From Zygnema circumcarinatum SAG 698-1b (lineage: Eukaryota; Plantae; Zygnematophyceae), in the NCBI GenBank assembly GCA_037447605.1, contig CM074815.1, positions 2,418,001 through 2,482,000 on the forward strand: a DNA stretch of 64,000 nt. The letters are read 5' to 3'. The translations under genes and the position numbers were made by a program. The notes under the pieces were generated by a model, which saw nothing but the letters and a program-made list of their open reading frames with translations, made no database searches and was not told the DNA's origin. Of the stretch, positions 11,193-24,073 are shown piece by piece (the stretch's first letter is position 1; every line of letters starts with the position of its first letter).

Positions 11193-12239
11193 GCCACCGC
11201 CACGGTCACCAACAACCGAAGGAGCGTAGAAGCGAAGAGGAGGGCACCGCTGAAGGGCGACGAAAATGCTCTGTCGATAAAAAGCAGCGAGGATCGCCGA
11301 AGGAGGAGAGGAGGGCTTCCTTCCTTCCGGGGCCGTGCGCGCATCTCCAAGGAGCGACGGGCGCACTGGCGGAGGAAGGACGGCATCCAGAGGGGCCTCG
11401 TCGAGGCAACAAAAATCGCAACAGCCATAGGAACAAACTCGTCGGCCGCGTCATGTCACGGCGGGCATGTGCGCGCTCCTTGCGGAGGGAGGGCCGCATC
11501 GCAGCCCCGCCTTCATGGTGCGCTGCACGCGACAGAAAATTGGTTTAGGGTCTTTAAGGTTTCGGGTTTTTTTTAGTGTCGTGTTTTAGAATTTCTGACT
11601 GGATTCTAAAACAGAATTCCCTAGTCCAGACTGGGCCGGGCCGGGCCGCCGTGCCAAGCGGCTCGCCGTACATCTGTACGGCGGACGGACGGAAGGCCCA
11701 GCGAAGAGTTTGCCGTTCCCTCCCTCCCTCCCTCCCTCCCTCGCCTTCTTTGCCAGTTGGGGGATGGATGCTATGGGTTACTGAAATGGAAAATTTATTC
11801 TTTGAAAAGTTGTGACCATGTGGTTTCTCCTTCCCTCGCGGTCTTTGTTTTCTTCCCACCATGTTATTAATCTGTTCATTTGTTTTCTTTGAATTGTTGA
11901 CGAATCCGCTGCCTGCTTTCACGTAGAGCCGATGAGAGAACCTTAGAGACGAACAAAAATAACTGCAGACTTTGGGAGACACTGAAACTTCTTCGTTTTC
12001 AAACTTTGGGTTCGACTATGTGAGGGTTTTGGTCTGGAGCAGTGGCGGATCTACGGCTGTTGTTGGAGGGCTTAGCTTTTGGTTCAATTATTTCGGTTTG
12101 CTTTAGTTTGGAAGACTTTGTGATTCCCTCTCTCCCTGACGGACTGCTGCATCCCATCCCATGCAGCTCGTGTTCATTGGGAAAAACGCCTTCCGAAGCC
12201 ATGCAACATGATTTGAAGGGCGAGGAAGCGCTGCCCCTC

Positions 12240-13760
12240 CACGGGAAGTCAGCGCGCGAGGCCGCGGCCCGGCCCCCCCGGGGGGAGTTCCATGCTGCCC
12301 CCGCGCTCGCCGCGTTTCCGTCCACGCCAAGCGAGATATATCGCGATACTTTCAGGCACCGGCGGGCGGCGGATGTGCCGTTGACACGTGTCGGCGTCAC
12401 CCGCGGCCGCCCGCCCGGCCGCCCGCGAGATCTGACCGCGATCCGCCTGTCGGCGGCAGATTGCGTGGCGCCAAGTGGGACCAAGTGCGCCATGTACGCA
12501 ATCATGGCGTGCCACGCGTCATGATCTCTGTTGCCACTTCATTTTTTGCAATATTTTTTGCTCGCCACGTGGTACCCCGTGGCCTTCAGCTGCTTACAGT
12601 GATCTTGTTTACTGCCACGTGGCGTGATTCTTCCGGAAGTATCGGGGAATCTTCAGCATCAGGCGACGGCTGGAGTGGCTTCCGGGTGAGGTGGCGCGCA
12701 GCTGGCAGGCCGCGGCCCCCTCCGCCCGGCCGGGCCCGACCTGACCATGACAGACAGCCTTCAGTCTCTGCGCTTGTGACGTGACAACGACAAGCCTTGT
12801 CGAATCACAGCCAATCAGCAGCCGCCACGCGTCACATGGCTGAGGCGTGTCCCCGCACTGCTACAAAAAGCGCTGTGCCGCTAACTGGGCCACGTGTCCT
12901 GCTGCCTGGACGTGGCCGACCGCCGCAGCGCCCGCCGGTACGGCCGACGGCCGACCGCGAGACCGTCAGGCCTTTCGCGCGCCTGCTGTTTGTACGGTAA
13001 CCAATAACGACACGGGGCCCGCGCAACGAAGCAGCTGGACGATCCTGCGCTGTACGGGCCGAGGCTGACAGGTCGGTGGGCCGCTCCCCCGCGTGCCAGC
13101 GCCTGCCTGGATTGGTCGCGTGATGACGTGGTGGCGCCTTAGCCTTGCCGCCCTCCGCTGCGCAGCATCCGAAATATCGAAAGTGCGAATGCCGTACCGC
13201 GGCGATGGACCACGTACGAAGCCGTACGGTCGCTGCTCCAAATTTAACATAAAAAAATTGTCGGAAGCGGCCACGCGCTCCGCCAAACGTTTCGGCGCTG
13301 CCCGAGTCTCGCTCGCCGCCGCGGGCTGATCTCTCGAGATAAGCAGAAGGACTGTTCGTACGTCATTCGTACACAATTCATACTTCATCCGTACGCAGGT
13401 CGCCGGGCGACGCCAGCGGCGGCCCGAAGTCCTTAGCCGCGCCAGCTGGTGGGCAATCATTGGGATCGGTCCCGCCGCCGCACGGCCCCCCTCCGCGGGC
13501 GCCACGCGTCGCCCGCTCCCTCGCGAGCCGGCGGCGCCAGCGCGGCGGCCACCCTCCGGTCCCGCCCGCCGCAGGACGCGGCCGCGGGCCCTTTTCAGCG
13601 CGCGCCGACCCTCGGGCCTCCCTCGGACCGGGAGCGGGAGGACCGAGGGAGGGAGGGAGGGAGGGAGGGAGGGAGGGAGGGAGGGAGGGAGGAGGGAGGG
13701 AGGGAGGGAGGGAGGGAGGGAGGGAGGGAGTGAGGGCAGGGCGCGGCGGCGGGCGGGCGG
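12240..13760. promoter_or_regulatory. GC-rich upstream region of kinase B with G-boxes (12566, 12616, 12891), a GTAC cluster (12938-13394) and a (GGGA)n tract (~13645-13730)
   Basis: Motifs read directly from the sequence. Confidence 0.55.
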
Positions 13761-13789
13761 GCGGGCGGGGCAGCCGCCGCAGCATTTCG

Positions 13790-16700
13790 ATGGTCCGACG
13801 TCTGCACACTTCGGACTCTTTGGAAAGTCGCAAACGCATGGAGGTCCAGGTGCAGCCGGACCGCAGCCTTTCGGCGAAGAGCGGGAGCGTGGCGATGGCG
13901 GTGGATGTACCGACGGAATGGCACGAGGAGGGGCAGCGCAGCGCGCAGCGGCTGGCGACGGGCATGCGGTTGACGGAGCGGCACGAGCAGCTGCTGAGTA
14001 CGCCCTACGCGGACATGGAGCAGCACTACGCGCTGGGGGCTCAGCTAGGGGAGGGCATGGCGGGCGTAGTGCGCCGCTGCACTGACCGGCGCAGCGGGGA
14101 GACGCTTGCCTGTAAGACGCTCTCCAAACGTCGCATGGCGGATTTCGGCGAGATTGAAAGAGTGCGCACGGAGGTCCGCACCATGAAGCTCGCGGGGGCA
14201 CACCCCGCCGTCGTGAGCGTGCGCTCTGTGCTTGAGGACGAAGAGGTGAGGAGAAGCCTCCCGCCGCAGGCCTCAAGCCCGCCTTACTTTAGCTCGCAGA
14301 GAGCTAATGAAGGGAGGGGATAGGACAGTGGGAGTGCAAGTGAAGCGATAATAGAAGAGAAGCAGAATGTGAGAGTTGCGTTGCAAGTGTGCGTGGAAGT
14401 GGGAGTGGCGTGAGGGAACATGAGCATGAGAGTGAGAGTCTAGGGCATGCACCTTTCTTTCCGTGCGATGCAAACTCAATGTGCAGCGCAGCGTGAGACA
14501 GTTGGCATGCTCTACGAGATAGCACTGACAGGGTGCTGTTTTCATTTTGCCAGCACGTTCATATCATCATGGAGATGTGTGAAGGCGGAGACCTGTTTGA
14601 CAGAATCAAGCAGCGGAGGCGGTACTCGGAAAAAGACGCTGCACGAGTGTGCCGCTCCCTCGCCTCCGTGGTCCAATACTGCCACTCCAAAGGCATCATG
14701 CACCGCGACCTGAAGCCCGAGAACGTCCTCCTCACCTCGGAACACTCGAACACCGACATCAAGCTTGCGGACTTCGGACAGGCAGTCTTCTTCTCGCCCG
14801 GGACGAAGCTGACAGAAACAGTGGGAACTTTGTGAGTCCCCTCTTACTGCAGCTCCGCCCGTAGAGACCCCACGAGCCCTCATGCAGTAGCCGAAATCTC
14901 ACCAAAATCATCCCCAAGTGTATTCTCGTTGGAGCAAAAGCCTCCCCAGACGGGGGTTTGGTGGGTCGTGAATTGTGGCGTCCAAACGGCGGCCCCTGAA
15001 CCCTTGCCGCCGGGCGGGCGGGCGCGCAGGTATTACATGGCCCCGGAGGTTTTGGCCTGCGCGTACGGCCCCGAGGCGGACGTGTGGAGTCTGGGAGTGG
15101 TCCTGTACGTCCTGCTCAGCGGGGGGCCGCCCTTCTATGGGAAGACGCAGCAGAGCACGATCGCTAAGATTCGCGGGGGAGTTTTGGACCTCGAGGGGGG
15201 GCCATGGCGGCACGTGTCCAGCGAGGCTAAGGACCTAGTGGCCAAAATGCTCTGCCCTGACCCTGCTCAGAGGATCACCGCACAGAAGGCCAAAGGTGGA
15301 TTCCTTAAACCCTAAAACAGAAACCCTAAAACGCATGCAGTTGTATCGTAATGGTCACGAAGAAAGCGCAATGGATGTTAGCTGGAATCTTCGTTTTAGC
15401 TTCAAGGTGTAGTGTTCTGTTGCAGAAATGCATGTTCTGCTTTAAGGCTTATGATATGCTGGCAGGGAGTGCACGCCGCGTTCAGCACACTTGGTTGGTT
15501 TGCTGTCAAGGTAGGCAGGCTGCTGAGAGTTACGCTCGGTAGAACCCAGCCATTTTGCGCACCTTTTCCTCAGCTTTGACGCAAGCAGAGATCACTGAGA
15601 GTCCATCAGCTTGGAACAAACTCTCAACGTGATTAGGGTTTGATTCAGGTCCCCTGATTTTAGACTGAACATGCCTACCCATCCATCACATCATCCACAC
15701 ACGTGTGCTGAGCTACAGCAATTTGTCATTTTGACACGCATACTGCACAAATTGGGCTGTCGTACGTTGGAGGCCCTACGAGCTCAACCCTCACAGCAGC
15801 ATTTACAACCTTCCTTTTTGGCTTCCTGCTAACTGCGATCCATATCTCAATTTTCTCAGGGCATCCATGGATTCGCCAGCAGTGCCGGTGCGACATCAGC
15901 ATACCCTCCACGCCGTCAATTCCGTCACCGCGGTCGGACGAGGATGAGAGCAGCAAGAGTTCCCACGACGGCGGGATGCCGACCAAATCGCCATTGCCAC
16001 GACCTGCCTTCCCGCATATCATCATCCCCCCGAGCCCCTCCTTCCCCTTCTCCTTCCCCAGCACCCCTCAGCGGACGGTCCGGCAGTCGAGCAGCTCGCG
16101 CCATGGCGGCCTCTCGTCCGGGTGCCCCTGTCCTGGCCATGGCGGCCCGCGGGGGGCCATGGAATCCCCCAAAGGGCTTCCCCCCCAACCGCACTCGAGG
16201 GACATGCTCAAGTCGCCCGCTAAAAAGGTGCACTCCACGTGTACTTCGCTCTCTGATTTGGTGCAGCAAAGCCAAGTAACGTCGTCAGATACGGCTCCTT
16301 CCTCGAAGCAGTCGTCGCCGTGCAGCAATAATCATCCCCTAGAGATGCATCAGCAGGGAAAGCCTGCAGAATCCTCCTCCGTAGCACAACTAATTCTGGC
16401 AGTGGCGCAACGGCTAAAGCAAGTGGAACAGGCAACCGGCTCCTTGCCTTTGTCGAACAACGGCAATGCAGGAGCGTGCACAGTCGGTACGTTCACTTTG
16501 CAAGCTTCAGAAGGTCAGAATTTGAGGCGGTGTTGTTCGCGTAGTGAAAACAACTTTTTAAGCTGTGCATTTCTGGCAATGTGTTGTATGTACTCCCTTC
16601 CTTTGTCACTCGTACCCTCTGCCAGTTGTTCTGTTGCTCGCTGACTGCCGTCGCCTGTTCTTTAACTGATGAAAAATCACATTACTGATCAAGTTATTGT

Positions 16701-16847
16701 CGAACACACCTTGCGCTAATTCCTGCTACTTTGTGAGGACCCTGACGCTTTCAAACAATTGCCTTCCGTGCCGCAGAGTTCGAAGGTGGCTTAGTAGAGC
16801 TTCAGTACTTGGAGAGAGAAAGGCAGGTCCGCATTTCCTTCAAGTAA
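13790..16847 (+). CDS. PEPRK-like kinase, copy B. Exons 13790-14245, 14554-14831, 15030-15295, 15860-16486, 16777-16847
   Basis: [35 protein letters not shown]; 278-nt and 266-nt exons identical in size to the other copies; last exon less certain. Confidence 0.92.
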
Positions 16848-16949
16848 GGCTTCTGCGCTTACGATGTTCAATAAAATCAGTGGGGGAGGCCGATTCTGAG
16901 GATGACAACAGCGACCTCTAACTCGACCACTGCAATAAGTCGCTGCCTA

Positions 16950-18796
16950 CGTGCAGTGTTTCTCTCCATCTCTCGAAGGCGAGTCCTCCTGCTCGGCCCC
17001 CTCTTCCAGCAAGTTAGCCACTGCCCAGGATATGGAGAGTCCACCAAGTCCGCCCTCCCCGCTAGTAATAAAACTTTTACTCCGGATGGCGATCTGACCC
17101 GTGCACGTCCAACCGCAGAGGGCAGAGGACGGCGCGGATCCGTTCATTCGGAACCATCCAACGGCCCAGCGCGGGCCTGTAGAGCTTCCGGCTCCCTCCC
17201 TCCCTCCGGACTGTTCAGTATTGGCAAACGACACCAATCAGCACCCGCAAGATTTGGCTGTCTGCAAGTTGTTTATAAATAGAACACCAAACGTGTAGCT
17301 TTGGGAAATCCATTTAGCTGCTGATGAGGACAATAAAACCTCGTCTATGCCTTCTGATTTTTTTCAGGCTTGGAGTTTAACCAGAACTGCCATTTAATTG
17401 TTTCTTCAGTGCCATTTATACAGGAGAAGGTGCCTTTTTCAGAGATAAATAGTATGGAGATGACATTGAGTATAGCAGCATGATCAGCACACCTCCCCCA
17501 AGCACAACGTATATGCTGGAAAGCGCAATGTATTTGACTTCTTAGACATCTTTATGGTTACACTTTAAGACACGAAAAAATCTAGAAGCCTTAAGTGCCC
17601 TCCGTGGGACAGGGGGGTACGCCAAAAAAAGTCTGCTCGTGCCGAGCACCTCAACCGTGCACCAGGTAATACGTACTGTCATTATCCTCAAAACTCGTAT
17701 ACATTTTGGCTGCAGTTTTGAAATGCAAAGTCCATTAACATTTCCTTGCAATGTTCGGAGTCTACGATCTGGCGAACACACACAGAGCGCGGTGATCCAT
17801 GTCTAGAGATTCCAGAGCCATGTTTGCAAAACTGTAATACATATGCCATTTTTCTCTCCATGATGTGTGATTGAGATTTGCAGCATCAAAACTATCTTCA
17901 CTGTGCCCGCCCAGCCATTACAGCGTGGCTCATTCAAATTTAGCCTGTATCCTGCTTGAGTCTTCTGAAAGCCAATGTTATCTTCTGTGTCTGACTGCTA
18001 TATCAAACGTTTCACATTCAACTCAGTACTCTAGCTACGATGCAATACATTCCATCCTTCCTCGAAATAAAATAAAAAAAATCTCGTGAAAATGAAAATG
18101 AAAATTCAATTTTGCTGACTCAACTCTTTAAAAGTATGAGCGCCTTTCAAACAAAAGCTTCTCAGAAAGGAGAGCACGTTACCCCAGATTGCACAAGTTA
18201 AGACGAGCGGTCTTATTCGCGGCACGTCGAGGCCACGATGTGCCATACCCATACTTCATCGAGCATCACAAATGGCCAGAGCCGTACAACATCCCCTTGC
18301 AGCCTGCACTGCTCGCGTCGCCGGCCGTACGAGTCCGTACGAGGCCGCGAAGGATGGCGCGAGAACACGCGCACAACGGAGCCGCGGGTCGATCTGCAGC
18401 GAGGGCAAGAGAGGGGCTCGTAACCTCGGGCTTAAAAGAATCTCCGCCCAGACAGAGCTTCTCTTCACCGGCCTTCAGAGCTGATGCGTTCCGGCATTGT
18501 GAGCTTCCATCATCGTTCATCACTTCCAGAATTCATAGCTTCCATTGTTTTTAGGAATCCAGCAAGATGTATTCCAACACCCGTGCATGGAGGCTTTCCA
18601 CATTCATGCCATCCATAACAACGGCTTCTAAAAATCCATAACTTACAGCAGGCACAGCCTCCTGGGTCAACGGATTCCAGAATCCATGATTTGCAGCGAC
18701 CATGGTTTTAGAAACGAATGAGTTCCAGTATCCATGGCCTCTGTCAGCTTGTTTTGGATGCAGCGTCCACGGCCTCCCTCCCCAAGGCGGAGCCAT
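16950..18796 (-). CDS. Putative multi-exon gene of unknown function, head-to-head with kinase C
   Basis: ATG at 18796, MAPPWGGRPWTLHPKQADRGHGYWNSFVSKTMVAANHGFWNPLTQEAVPA followed by a gtaagt donor; further protein-like blocks (RLQGDVVRLWPFVMLDEVWVWHIVAS; PALGRWMVPNERIRAVLCPLRLD). Exon chain not resolved. Confidence 0.35.
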
Positions 18797-19569
18797 GGCG
18801 GCCGGGCCTCCCTGCGCTCTCTTCCTCCCTCCCTCGCTTAGCCGACGTGGAGGCGGTCAAGCGGCAAATTCCACGGCGCGACATTCGCGTTCGGCCGCCG
18901 CGCGCCGCAAGTGCGAATTCCAGTTTCCGCCGCGCGGCGCCACTCGCCCACTGCTGGCGGACCTGGGATGCCACGTGGTGAGACCGCCAGGTGCCCCCGC
19001 GATCGCCCCCTGCAGTTCACTTTCCCGCTGCACGCTCAACAGCGCACATGGAGCGGGCATGTGCCAGGGCGTGACGCGGTCGTACTCCCGGGAGTCCGTA
19101 CCGTACGGCCTTGACCGAGCGGAGATCTCCGAAGACCGGCCCGGCCTGCCAGGTGGCGCGCAGGGGCGCCGCCAGGCTGGCACCGCCCGGCAAGGTCCCA
19201 GTTCCGCGGGGCCGGCCACGTGGCGTGAAATGGACTCGCGGAAGAAGCCCCGGAACGAGGTTCAACTCCGCCACGTGTCGCGTCAAGACGGGCCCACCGA
19301 GGTCCACGTCCAGCGCCGCCCGCGTCCTCCGCAGAGACGGGGCGGGTCCCGCCCCTCTCCCTCCCCTCCCCTTCCTCCCTCCCCTCCCTCGCGCTCTCGC
19401 GGGCGGGCGGGCGGGCGGCGGTCTCTCTATCGCGATGCCGCCCGGCAAGAAGATCCTCGTCGCTGCGGCGCGCGGCCGCCTCCCCGGCGCGCTATAAGCG
19501 GCGCGCGGTGGCCTCCCTCGGCGGACTGGCTGGCGAGGCGCAGCGCTTGCTCGCTGCTGCACGGGCGCC

Positions 19570-21790
19570 ATGGCGCGGGCCGACGCTGAGCTCGCGCTGA
19601 GGCCTGCAAGCGCCACGTGGAGTGACCACCTCCTCCGGACAGACGTGGCGGAGGGAAACGGGTTGAGCATTTTCGGAATGGAGTACGACGACGTGGAGAG
19701 GGGCTACCGACTGGGCCCGGTGCTGGGCCGCGGCGTGATGGGCGTGGTGCGGCGGTGCGTGAGCGTGCGCACGGGCGAGGTGTTCGCCTGCAAGACGCTC
19801 TCCAAGCGCCGCATGACGTATGTTGCGGACGTTGAGGACGTGCGGGCGGAGGTGGCGGCGCTGAGCGCTGTCAGCGGCCACCCCGCTGTCGCAGCCGTGG
19901 AAGACGTGGTGGAAGACGAGGAGGTGAGGGAGGATGAATATGATCATGTTGATGGTCATGGTCGTAGTGGATGGAAGGAGTCAAACGCTAACTCACTTAC
20001 ATTTTATTTCTCACCCGGTGGGGCAGCAGTGGTTCCGTACCAGCTTCTTAAGAGAAAATAGCATCCATTTTTTTTCGTTCCATCCCCTCCTATTTCGGCT
20101 GCAGCTGTCTTGAGCCCGCATGCATCCCCAGGGCCCACATGTAGCAATGGTGCGCTGGAGTAGGACAAAGTCGCAAGGAAGCGAGTTCCCTATTGACGTT
20201 TTCCTTCTCCAAACCTCGCATGCTCCTGTTCTCGCATCACTTAACAAAAGGACATTATTGCGATGCAGAGCGTCCACATCATCATGGAGTTCTGCCAAGG
20301 GGGCAACCTCCTCGACCGCATCAAGCAGAGGCGGCGTTTCTCCGAGAGGTGCGCGGCGCAGGCGTGCCGCGCGCTGCTGTCGGCGGTGCGGCACTGCCAC
20401 GCGCGGGGGGTCATGCACCGCGACCTCAAGCCCGAAAACGTCCTCCTCACGTCGCTGCACTCCGACTCGGCCATCAAAGTGGCGGACTTCGGGCAGGCAG
20501 TCTTCTTCAGCCCTCGGCAAAAGCTGACCCAGGCAGTGGGAACCCCGTGAGCCGCCCTCTCCCTCCCCCTCCTGCGCGCACTCCTTCTCACATTTGGGCG
20601 TCCGCTTGGTCTTGCGCTCTCTGCCTTTCCCTCTGCATGTGATCCTGGTCCACCCTGTTGGGGTACATTGTTGCCTCGCCAGAACACCGGACGAACTCTC
20701 CGCTGACAGCCTAATGTTTGAAAACTCGCAGGTACTATGTAGCCCCGGAGGTTTTGAGCCATTCCTACGGCCCTGAAGCCGACATTTGGAGCGTTGGCGT
20801 CATTCTCTACATGCTGCTCTGTGGGATCCCACCCTTTCGTGCAAAGTCTCGGCAAGCTATCTTTGCTAAAATCAAAGAGGGTGTTTATGACTTGAAAGTG
20901 GGCCCATGGCGGCACATCTCAGACGCGGCCAAGGACCTCGTCCAGAGGATGCTGTCCCTTGACCCTGCGGAGAGGATCACTGCTCAAGATGCACACGGTA
21001 GATGCTGCTCACCCTGCCTGCCTGCATGCTGAAGAAAACCGCCATTGTTCCGGCAAAGCGGCCCCATAGAATGTATTTGACGCAGCATTGTTTGTCGATA
21101 CAGGCGCTCTGCTTGGGAATTTGATGCTGCATGTGCAGTTCCTGACGTTAACCCTCTGGAAACCTACTGAAATGCTCATTTGTGATCCTGCAATCCGATT
21201 ACTACAGTCAAATTCACTCTTGGCAGCACACTCCTTTGCTTGCAGAACATCCATGGCTTCAGCAACAGTGTGAATCACACTACCAAACAGCGTTTCAGCC
21301 ATTTTACAAATCCGCATCTTGGGATTCTTTGGCGGAGTTCGATCGATTTCCAACGGAGAATATGCACAGCATCGATGGGACCTTCGTGAACACCGACCGC
21401 AGTATGAGTGACGAGCACTGCACACAGTGGCATATATCGCAAGATCTGACACGTAGCACATCCAACGCGTCCCTTTTTGGGCATGCAAGGTCCAGCAGCT
21501 CATCAGCCTATGGTTCAAGCGCTGTCGTCAACATCATTTCAACTGCAGCGGACTTCACTCCCACACGCAAAGCAACTCATTCTTGTTACAAGTCGCTCCA
21601 TGAGTCGCAAGAGAAGTGCAGAGCTGCATACAGTCCCCACATTCCTCAGATGTCCTCACCTCCCTGCAAGTCTCCTCCTCATATCACCTTCCCATTCCAC
21701 TCCAGCCATCGGAGGCTTCTATTCCGCTTGAAATCTGGAAGAACACTGCCAGCACAACCAATGCACACGGGGATTCGGCAAAGTCGGTGA
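19570..21790 (+). CDS. PEPRK-like kinase, copy C. Exons 19570-19923, 20269-20546, 20732-20997, 21246-21790
   Basis: [35 protein letters not shown]; phase-consistent introns. Confidence 0.92.
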
Positions 21791-23923
21791 TTGGGCAGCC
21801 AAGTCCAATCAGCTGGAAGCTGTTTCTCAAGAAGACGCACCGATCAAGAAAGTGGTATGTGTCACCCCCTTGTTGATCGTAATATTGAAGTGGAAGTAGT
21901 GGACATTGCAAGCACAAATGAAGAGGAAAAAGCAAGGACAAAAGGGAGCAGTCCTCTTTAGAAAGGGTGCTTGCACAATGAAGTCGTTTATTTACGAAGT
22001 CATGGATCTAAGAAAAAATGTGTGCTAACAAAGGATTTATTCGCAGATCGTCTGGTTAAGAGTCTGACTAATAGTCTGACTGAGAATATGACTAATATCT
22101 CACTAAAAAAATAATTTGAGAAACGGCTCAGGAGGTTCTCGCGGATCTGCCCGGATGAAGTCAAGGCTGAATAAGTACAAATGAGTTAAGAGAGTACGGA
22201 GAAATATGCAATTGTTATAACACAACACGTAACTCCCACGTAGGTTCTGGATGCGGGAATTCCGTCTAACTGTCATTTGAAAGGCACCGTACAACAGTCA
22301 AAGCGAGACTTTAGAAAGTTTTCTGACTCACTCAATTTCTCTTCTGCAGGGAAGTGACATCGTGTACAAAGGGACACTAGGGCCTGAAAAGCTCATGCGA
22401 GGTCACTGCTTGCTGCAATTCAGTCGTTCAACTGACACTAAAAAATGGCAGCGACCAGAGCCCACTCTGACTGCCTCGACTGTGCACCTCTGCGAGTATT
22501 TTGTCAACAATTTGCAAGTCAAGCGATGTGGTAAACCATGCAGCTAAAACATGCAGCGTGAACAGTGATAGATAGAAAGCCTCCAGGTGTGGAAGTGGTT
22601 GGGAATCAGAATCCAATCATTCCGCAGAATTTAGTTTAGCACGCTAACTTTTTCAGGCCTTCGCGGCTCACTTTCCATTCAGATCCGCACTTTAGTGGTT
22701 TTTAGAAATAACAACATTCTTTTGAGTATCAGCAAATAAAAGAGCGAATGCTTAGCAAGCACTAAGCTAAACAGCTAGCAATTAGCTCAGTTCTCAATCA
22801 TTCTTTTTCCAATAATGCAAGAGGCCCATGCCTCTGGTAAAATCTTGACTTAGGCCGGTCCAGTCGGCAGACTGTTGTGGCCGCAATGCCAAGCGTATTG
22901 GCTCGCAAGTAAACTATTGACTTTTTTTCTGAAAAAAAATCGTATCGTCTCTTATTTCTCGATGCTGAATGTTCCGGAGTTGATAATTGTATATATATCT
23001 GCCAAATTTCCTGGAATCACAGGTAGCAAGTGCAAGCGTGGAGCCTGCTTCCGTTTTGAGAAAAAAGAAACGGTATCCAACATAGCAATCCAGCGTTGAA
23101 AAGCGCAGAGAGAACGGCGAGAGCTTGGCAAGAGATGGAAGAAGGAAACCGGATGGAGTAAGGAAGATCCTAGGGCAAGAAGGGAAACGCGGGGGAAGGT
23201 AAAGGGAGCGAAGGAGGGAGAACAGCGCATGAAGCGCGGGATCCGGCGCTCAATGTCATAAAAGGAAGTTCTTTCAGGGAGGGAAGGCGAGGACGATGCA
23301 GAGGACAACCAGAGAATCCAACCGAGAAAGACAGGCAGGAAGACAGTGACCGGCGAGCATGTACAACAAGAAGGAGAAGCACCAGGCAGACGCAGTGCGG
23401 CGAGCGTGCAGAGAGAGACGCAACAGCAGTGAGGAGGAGGTGCGGGAGAACAGCGGGGAAGCACGAGCAAGAGCAAGAGCAGGAGGCAGGCCATGCCGCA
23501 CGGGGCTGGCTGACTGGCTGGTCGCGGACTGTACGGCGGCAGCCGAGGAGCGAGGCCCAACCGGCAGGCCTCCTCAGTAGGGTTTATCCCCTAAATATCG
23601 TGAATATCTTATTTATGGGAGAAATTGAGTTAAGTTTTAAGTGATTTAACCTTGAATACCATACAAGCCCTTAAAAAGCATTTTTTTGGTAAAAAAGATT
23701 GAAATGAATTGCATTGATAACGATGTCGTTGAAAGATACTTTGACGGATGCATATTCGTTTATGTTGGGGCGCGCAGCTACAGCCTTGCACTCACGATAG
23801 CGATGTCATCATATGTATATGAACTCTACTTGTTGGTGTAACAGCACGGCTTTAGAAGTGGAAAACTTTCATTGAACTCGCGATGGCAAGGCCATCAAAT
23901 GTACATGGACAAAGGCAAAATGT

Positions 23924-24073
23924 GGAACCACGAAGAACTGGTCACAAAGGACCGAAACACAATAAAACGAAGCTAGGAGCGGAAAACTACGCCTAGGCAC
24001 AACAACGCAGCCCTTAGAAGCAGCCGCGAAGGTCACCGATGTGAGGCACATCGCGAGGAGGGAGCGGCGGAAG
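23924..24073 (-). ncRNA. Candidate structured RNA / conserved non-coding element, copy 2
   Basis: Homologous to 11019-11192, with indels confined to the spacers between conserved blocks. Confidence 0.4.

Noticed and set aside
11542-11550. CCCTAAACC on the minus strand as a possible telomerase RNA template
   Set aside because: No USE/TATA type-3 promoter or conserved plant TR motifs seen, and it is absent from the second copy of the adjacent element; more likely a telo-box.
12039-12053. CAGTGGCGGATCTAC resembling the MITE TIR
   Set aside because: No partner inverted repeat, internal homology or TSD found nearby.
22952-23560. 202-aa minus-strand ORF with a Leu/Cys-rich 'signal peptide'
   Set aside because: Explained by CT-rich low-complexity sequence; no consistent exon chain or family recognised.
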